In this document: positions 56,972 through 64,000 of the stretch, piece by piece
How the letters are laid out: each line of letters opens with the position of its first letter
How positions within the stretch are numbered: the stretch's first letter is position 1
NCBI GenBank assembly: GCA_038496445.1
Contig: JALMLS010000451.1
Coordinates: forward strand, 85,380 to 149,379
Length of the DNA: 64,000 nucleotides
Origin: Trichosphaerium sp. ATCC 40318
Lineage: Eukaryota > Protista > Tubulinea
Direction: 5' to 3'
Notes under the pieces: model-generated
Told to the model about the DNA's origin: nothing
Seen by the model: the letters and a program-made list of their open reading frames with translations, nothing else
Database searches by the model: none
Translations under genes and position numbers: made by a program

Positions 56972-59228
56972 ATGACCGAACCTAATGAAACGCCTCCATA
57001 CAAACCTCTCCCATTTCAGCCATCGAATGCAGAAAAAACAATAGTGCAACCGGTAGGTGTCAAGTTGTTAGCGGCTCGCAATTTCGTTTTTTGGACACCC
57101 TCACGTGTCTTGTCCGTAAGTTTCTGACTCCTCTCAGGATCCTGCACAGCAAGGCCCTCCAGAGATACCTGACGACGAAATTAATTATGACGACTCAGGT
57201 TTCTTGGGTAAAGGCGCATATGGATACGTCTACAAAGGTATGAGGCAAAAAGCGTTTTTGTCAAAATATTATTTTGATTCACATTGCTGACCGACAAAAA
57301 GGTACTTGCAGAAATAAGACTGTAGCCATCAAGGTGCCTAAAGAGTCTTTGCCTCCAAGCAAATTGGAGCAATTCAGACAAGAAGTACAGACCATGAGGT
57401 ACTGGCATTGCTTTTGATGTTTTTTTTTTGGTGCTGACTGGACGTTATATAGGCGTATTTTTCATCCAAATGTTGTATTGTTCATGGGCGCTAACACCTC
57501 GGGCGGTAAAATTAAAATTATTACAGAATTATGCAGCACAGATGTTGAAAAATTGTTGAGGGTAAGCAAAATTGTTTATTAACCGTTTAACATTTTCTGG
57601 TAGAGCAAGAAAAACCTTCCTCTAAAACTACGTCTCTTGATGGCTAAAGGTGCAGCTCTTGGTATGAATTGGCTACATGGTATCGTCAAGATGGTTCACA
57701 GGGATCTTAAGACGGCCAATCTTTTGGTGCGTATTTTTCATTCATATTAGTACTTTATTGCTTATACATTGTGCAGGTTGCTGCTGATGGTACCGTAAAG
57801 GTTGCTGATTTTGGTTTCGGGAAAGTTTTTGAGGCTGGAAAAACATTCAGAGGAAGAGCAAAAGGTACTCCCTTGTGGATGGCACCAGAGGTTATGCTTG
57901 GAAAGCCAACAGACGAAAGACGGGATGTATACAGTTTTGGTATCATTTTGTGGGAGTTCATTACCGGCGAAGAGCCTTTCCAACAGTTCTCTGATTGGCA
58001 TACTTTCAAAACGTACGTTAATAGAAATTAACCGAAAAATCTTCAACGAATAAGATGATTGTGCGTGCTGACAAATTCTTATAAAGCGCTGTTGCTGTGA
58101 ACCATGTTCGCCCAGAGATTCCAGCCGGTACATTGCCGTGCTTGAAGTATTTGATCGAGTGTTGTTGGCAACCATCATTCACAGACCGCCCATCCTTTGC
58201 TGAAGTTATCTTCCGTTTGAATGAGGCCATAGTTGATTGCGCTATTGAGGATAAACGTGGTAAAGAGTTTTGGAAGAAGTACTTCCTTATCAACAAACAA
58301 GTACAGTAGTTTTTATTTTGTACCTCTTACATTAATGGCGCGTTTTATAGGATCTTCAATTGGAAGTTCCTTGGGATGAATTCAAAACAGCTCTCCAAAA
58401 AGAGATTGGCTTGACCAGTGTAGAGTGCTTGGATGAAACCACATCTCCAGATTGCTTGAAAGAGTTTTTGTGTACGTAATCTTGTTGTTGTGCTTCTACT
58501 GGTTGTGACGCTTTATTTAAAGGTCTCGCTGTCAACATTCCAAAGTTAGAAATAATCCTAAAGGAAGAAGAGGATGCCCCCAAAAGAACCAAATATGCTG
58601 TTACACCTGCCGATCCTGTGGCCCAAACAAAGAAAGTTACATTGGAAACATTCAATTTTGTTATGCAATGGTTTGGCCCATTCATTACAAAGCAAGATGG
58701 TAGACAAATCATCAATATGTTACATAATGTCAAACATTTTCCGTAAGCTAGCCTTATGCTTTCTCTATTTATTGACTGTTATAGATGGTTTCATGGATAC
58801 ATCTCATCAGGTGTTGCTGTTGAACGCTTGGAGAACAGAGATCCAGGCACCTTCCTTGTTAGGTTGTCCATAACAAGGTACTACCGATTAATATTAATAT
58901 TTCGTTGCTGACTACTTTTACTAGCCCTGGCAAACCTCTTACCTTGTCGGTGATGGTTACTTCTGGCGATAGATACGAAATCTCACATCGTCGTATTATT
59001 CACAAGAAATACGGCGAGCCATATATTATCAGGTACGAACGTTTTTTTGCTATGAGCTTAAAATCCACTCACGTGCTTAATTGTATTTTGCTAATGCCCC
59101 TTAGGATAAGCAACAAAGAGTATAGTTATGAAACTATACCTCAGCTAATAGAGGGATGTCGCGGACTCCTGAAGCTCACAAAGGCCTGTGATAAGAGAGC
59201 TGGTCGTTTGTCCAACTACATCTTCTAA
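56972..59228 (+). CDS. Shk-family TKL kinase with C-terminal SH2 domain
   Basis: LGKGAYG, VAIK, GMNWLHG, HRDLKTANLL, DFG, GTPLWMAPE, DVYSFG; SH2 WFHGYIS...PGTFLVRLS. Same architecture as Dictyostelium ShkA-E. Confidence 0.92.
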
Positions 59229-59706
59229 ATAGCAGCGCTCAAAGAACCTTAAGTACTTCTCCGGCTGCTAATTTACCCTCTTTTTAAAATAAGCTGAAGG
59301 CGGTAGCCAACGGTGGTGACTGTGAACAATATTACAAATAAACCACGCCACTTACTACTTTGCATATGTTCGCTTAAAAGTAGTTTGTCAGTTGGTTTAT
59401 TGGCAATAATAGTGATGCGCTCAAACAATACATATACAACAAAATAAAGGATGTTTGCATGAAGCCAATAAACAAACGGTTAAGCACAGTGACTGGTTTT
59501 ATAGACTTACTGTTCAATGAATACTTTCTATCCACAAACTAAACAGAGGTTTGCATTTGGTTACCTTTTTCACTATTGTACTATAGGACATGGTTGCTGG
59601 AGGATTTGTTGCATACAGGAATTTTAACTAAATTGTACAAAAACGGTGACTTAGGGACATTGTGCATTGATTTTGTAAACAACAATTACGCGCACGTAGA
59701 GCCGTA

Positions 59707-60982
59707 ATGGCAGACGAAATTTATAAGGGATGGGTCAGCAAAAAAGGGGGCCCAAGCAGAAGGGCACGTGATGATATTAAACACGAGTGGCGGTAAAACT
59801 GTAGTTAACAGTTATCCACAGTGCCGTAGTTTTCACGTGTATTAATGTAATTGTAATTTTCTGATTTACACTAATAGAATTGGACCAAGAGACTTCTAGT
59901 GCTTACAGCAACTGATATTAGCTACTACACAGTAAAAAAGGTACTTCAGAAGCTTTACATTGTTTTTGGTTTACAATCATAACGAATTCAGAAAGGACGT
60001 CGTAGCGTTAAAGGAACTATTCCTATGAAGCACGTTATACGTGCTGTTTTAAAGATAGAGGGTAATGGCCCACAAGGATTTGAAATACGAACGGACTACC
60101 GTATATTTCGCATGCGTGTAGGTACGTGTAGTAAACAACCGTCAGAGATGGGCTCCGTTATTTTCTGATTTCTTGCAGTATATGTACCAACTTGTTAACA
60201 ACATCTAGCGCCTTCTGACGCAGCAAAATGGGTAGAAAGAATTAATGACGTTGTCACAGGCAAATGTACGAATGATTGATCGTTTTAGTGCTTACTTGGA
60301 TAAAGACAAACGAGGAGCACAACGCGCGGGTATAGGCAGATCCAACACTACAGCGCCGGCGCCTAGATCAACTAATCGAGAATTTGATAGCTTCGCGTCT
60401 CATAGTAACAGAAGGTAGGCCTAACAGTTTTGTGTTTTATCTTATTCTACAAATTAGCATGCCAGCAAGATCAAACGCAAGACAAGCGCATACTGTTCGC
60501 GATGTACATAAGTCTCGAGCTCGTGTAGCAGAATTTTTTGGTGACGAACCACAACAGTACAAAGAACTACCTACCGAAAGGCCTAGAGCAGAAACAGAAA
60601 AAGGATTTGTACTGGATCCTCCAGAACCACAAGTTCGTCGTGGAACTCAAGTTGGCGATTATACCGAAATGCCCGGAGGATCATTCCAACCTGTCTCAAC
60701 AGATTACAATAGCTTACCAGTCTCCACGTCGCGACCACCAGCACTCACTATGGATGACTACCAGCGGATGCCCACCCGAGATACTCGTTCAGAAAACAAG
60801 GCATACGCCTCCCTGGGGCCACGAGGCGATAGAAATCGTGTGGGAATAGCCAACTATCACCAAAAGCCAAAACAAGTAACTGCTAGTCCGGGAGAATACG
60901 CAGCTCTCCCAATAGCCAGTAGGCGAGTTCATTTTAGGTGCGTTCTTTGAGAGAGGTGGCTTTGCTAATTCTCAACAGCTAG
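59707..60982 (+). CDS. PH-domain adaptor with Tyr-motif-rich disordered tail
   Basis: YKGWVSKKGG..RNWTKRLLVL...ISYY...KGTIPM...FEI.TDYRIF...KWVERIN; tail with YxxPhi-P motifs. Confidence 0.85.
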
Positions 60983-61109
60983 ATACAGAAATACCAAGGA
61001 TGGGTCACAATCAATTTTAAAGTAGTGTAGAACAACATAGTTGAGACCATTCGTCAATCATTTAAGTGAGTGCCTTAAATAAAGTTGTAGAGTCGTAGTA
61101 CCGTGCTTG

Positions 61110-62639
61110 ATGGCGCAAGGCCCTCTTATAAACCTGAAAGCGTTTAAAAAGCAAGCAAATGACAGATTAGCCAAAGGAGTGGGTGAAGTCGATCAATGGA
61201 TGAAAGAAGCGCTGCAAACCAGCTCAGTTGATATAAACGTGGAAAAATTAGTTTATTTGCCTCCAACTGATTTAATTAACTCCAAGATTGATGAACAGCT
61301 TGCAAAGGACAACTCGTTCTTCAAGAACCCTAAAACTGACTCTGCTATGTTCATACAGCTCGCTCCTATTATAACAATAAAAGAAATACACCAACGAACG
61401 AAACAATGTAAACTACATAGCGTACAGCAAGCGTTGGTGCCGTCAAAAGACAAAAAGGAGGTAAATTACGTTTCTACACACAAGCCACAAGGACTGCCTT
61501 TCAAACCAATCGCAAAAGACGACCTAGTAATAAGTGTAGCTATATACCACCCAGCTTCCAGTCATAAAGTTCAAGTACGTTTCTCCCATAATTTTTTTTC
61601 TTTTTGTTTTTGACCTTATTTAACCTTTTGCATCAAGGAGCACCTTGTTTTGGGCAGTACGTTACTGTCGGAACTTAAAGACAAGATCTATTGCCTCAGC
61701 GAGCACATACTGAAACCACATCTCTCAAATGGTGGCTTTTTCTTCATTGAAGGTACTTTTTATTTGGATATGCGCGAACCAGATAAACCAGATGATATAA
61801 GTGACTCGGAAGACAGTGAAGTACGCAATACCATCCTTTGGAATTTCTTACAACTCTTAGGATGAAATAGACGATCATGGCGTACGACCTTCACGCAAGC
61901 CTCTTGATTATAGTGAGTACGTAGTTTATATCATGCTAAACGTTATCCGTTTCTTATCAAGAACAAAGAAAGTCTTGCATCATCGTTGACACACATTTTT
62001 TCTGAAAATTGTCACTTATGTTCAGTGACACGTCTTCGCTATCCCGACTGCCAATTTTAATGTTACACAGGCTCATTATAAAGTGGATGAAATTGCACAA
62101 TTCAGAGGAAAATATGAGAGACTATGGGGTGAGGGATGTGTCTGAGATTAAGAAGAAGATGATAGACAAAGTACAATTTCTTGACTTAAAGTAAGGCCTA
62201 TTTATTCACTACTTTTTATCTTTTTTTTAAACCTAAATCTAATCCTAACCCTAGATTTCATGTAAATAAAAAGTATGTATACATGCACCAAGGAAATTGC
62301 CAACATTACATGATATTCACAGAAGTCAGGTGAGTGCAACTTTCTTGTGTTTTTTTTTTCCAGTTTCGGTTACTTACTGTTAGTGCCACTAGGCTGTTCA
62401 ACGATACAGATGAACAAAATGCAAATCTTTATCCTATCAAGATATTTCAATCAAAAGTTAGAAGGCGTAAGTGTATGGTATGCAAGAAACTTGGAGCACG
62501 TTACGTCACGTATCGTGATAAATTAGCAAATACAAATCAATGCTTTTTTTGTGCACAATGTTATGAACAGTTACACTACGACATGGACGGTAACTTGTTA
62601 TACGAAGACTTTGAAGTCTTCCCATACTACCATGAATAA
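61110..62639 (+). CDS. SNAPC3: snRNA-activating protein complex subunit 3 (SNAP50)
   Basis: LSELKDKIYC, FFFIEGTFYLDMR, YVYMHQGNCQHYMIFTEVRL, CMVC...CFFCAQCYEQLHY. Confidence 0.92.
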
Positions 62640-62789
62640 TGAATAAAATAAAATAAAAATGTAATATAAAAACAAGTGTTCTTTCTTGGTATCCCAAAGT
62701 GTTGAAGATGCTTTTTCTGAAAAAAGGAAAAAAACAAAGTTGACTTAGGCAGTCACATTTAGTTTCATTTTTTAATTCTCAGTGACGAG

Positions 62790-64000
62790 ATGCATCTCGT
62801 TGTATTGTTGGCTGTTTGCATAGCTTTATCTTATTCTTGTGTGACAGTTCCAGCTGTATCTGATGCCGAAGGAAGTTGTTGCCGTACTTTTTTGCGTCCA
62901 AATGGTATGTTAGGATCTGGATGCGTGGATACAACTTTTGAGGACTGTGGGCCAGACGGAAACTTCGTCAGAGGTAAATGAGACAATAAGTTTTATACTA
63001 TTTCTACAATTTAGATTAACATCATTTCAGGACAAAGCTGCTCGGACGGCGTCACGTGCGGTATGTAGATTTTTAATACAACGTTTATTTTAAGTTAAAA
63101 TTAAAGATTTATTTGGCCTCCTTTAATAAGAATCATAAGGTGCTTGCTGCGAAGGACAAGAATGTAGTACAACAACGAGCAATCTTTGCAGTTGTAATTT
63201 TTTACCTGGTTACGCGTGTACACCAGGGAACACATTGGAGAGCACACAAACATGTCCAACACGTGCGCATACTAATATCTGGTTTTGGACCTAATAGCAG
63301 TTTAGTTACTGGTAGTTGTTGTTCTGATGGTGTCTGTACCGCAAATACAGCATTGGAGAATTGCGATGGCGCATTTTCTACGTTTACTCCTTGTACTTTC
63401 TTTTTCTCTTTATAGCAAGGCACTTACGTCTTTGAAGCAACAAGCGATTGTGGAAATAGTTGTGGTGGTAGTTGTTGTGAAGCCAATGGTGATGTAGTGT
63501 CAGAAGCGTACAGCAAGTGCACATGCAGCATGATGTTGTCACAGTCAGATCCTGGTTTGTATTGTAACCCTGGTTACGATTGCAATCAATCAAGCGAGGA
63601 TGGAATCAACTGCGTACAAGTTGCTCCACAAAATCTTGATGTTCAAAAAGAAGTATAAGTGAAGACAAGAAACGAAACACTGGAGACACTATAGAACCTT
63701 GCGTTTTTTCTAGCACGTGATTCTAAACTAATAATGTATAACCTAACGATATCTTTTCAGATGACAACTATTATTGCATCTCCGTAGTCTCTACACCGTC
63801 TTCTGTGGATGATACATGTGCATGTGGTATAGGCATTAGCGATGAAAACGTAGTTGTAAGTTAGAAACTACTCATGCGATTTTGACTAAAAACCCGTTTC
63901 AGGTTAATAGTGCAACAATTTTCCAAAGTGCTATCGACGGCGATGAGCCTGATTTCAGTAGCCCTATCCCATACATTTTTAGTACTAACGAGAACACTGC
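62790..64000 (+). CDS. Secreted cysteine-rich repeat protein (truncated at window end)
   Basis: Signal peptide; repeated GSCC/GACC...C...C units. Confidence 0.65.

Noticed and set aside
62231-62254. Degenerate CCTAA repeats resembling telomeric sequence
   Set aside because: Short, imperfect and at an intron 3' end where CTAAC branch motifs are expected.

Overview
Gene-dense, AT-rich eukaryotic nuclear DNA with about 35 protein genes broken by many short introns (mostly about 40-110 nt). The usual donor is GTACG[T/C] and a CTAAC-like branch point sits close to the 3' splice site, so the supplied ORF track shows only exon fragments; I assembled gene models by hand. An Shk-type TKL-SH2 kinase, a cpRas-like VWA protein and a divergent beta-tubulin suggest an amoebozoan-like protist (inference). 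Recognisable genes include FNTA, steroid 5-alpha-reductase, beta-tubulin, mitochondrial LeuRS, UBL5, a CISD3-like protein, purB, a RING-H2 E3, cathepsin L, aquaporin, a calponin-homology protein, SLC12, VDAC, a GT27 glycosyltransferase, RPL3, two tandem SDRs, GST and SNAPC3. The main points of interest are: (1) two unannotated structured intergenic RNA candidates with snRNA-like architecture (about 32.2-32.5 kb + and about 56.7-56.8 kb -); (2) relaxed splice signals, with at least 8 GC-AG introns, many AAG acceptors, one GAG acceptor and one apparently GG-AG intron; (3) a PH-domain adaptor with repeated YxxPhi-P motifs next to the SH2 kinase; (4) an intron-containing bacterial-type DUF3160 gene with a ubiquitin-like insert; (5) an RGS-DUF547 fusion; (6) intronless or decayed F-box-like ORFs. 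All calls come from reading the sequence; no searches were run.
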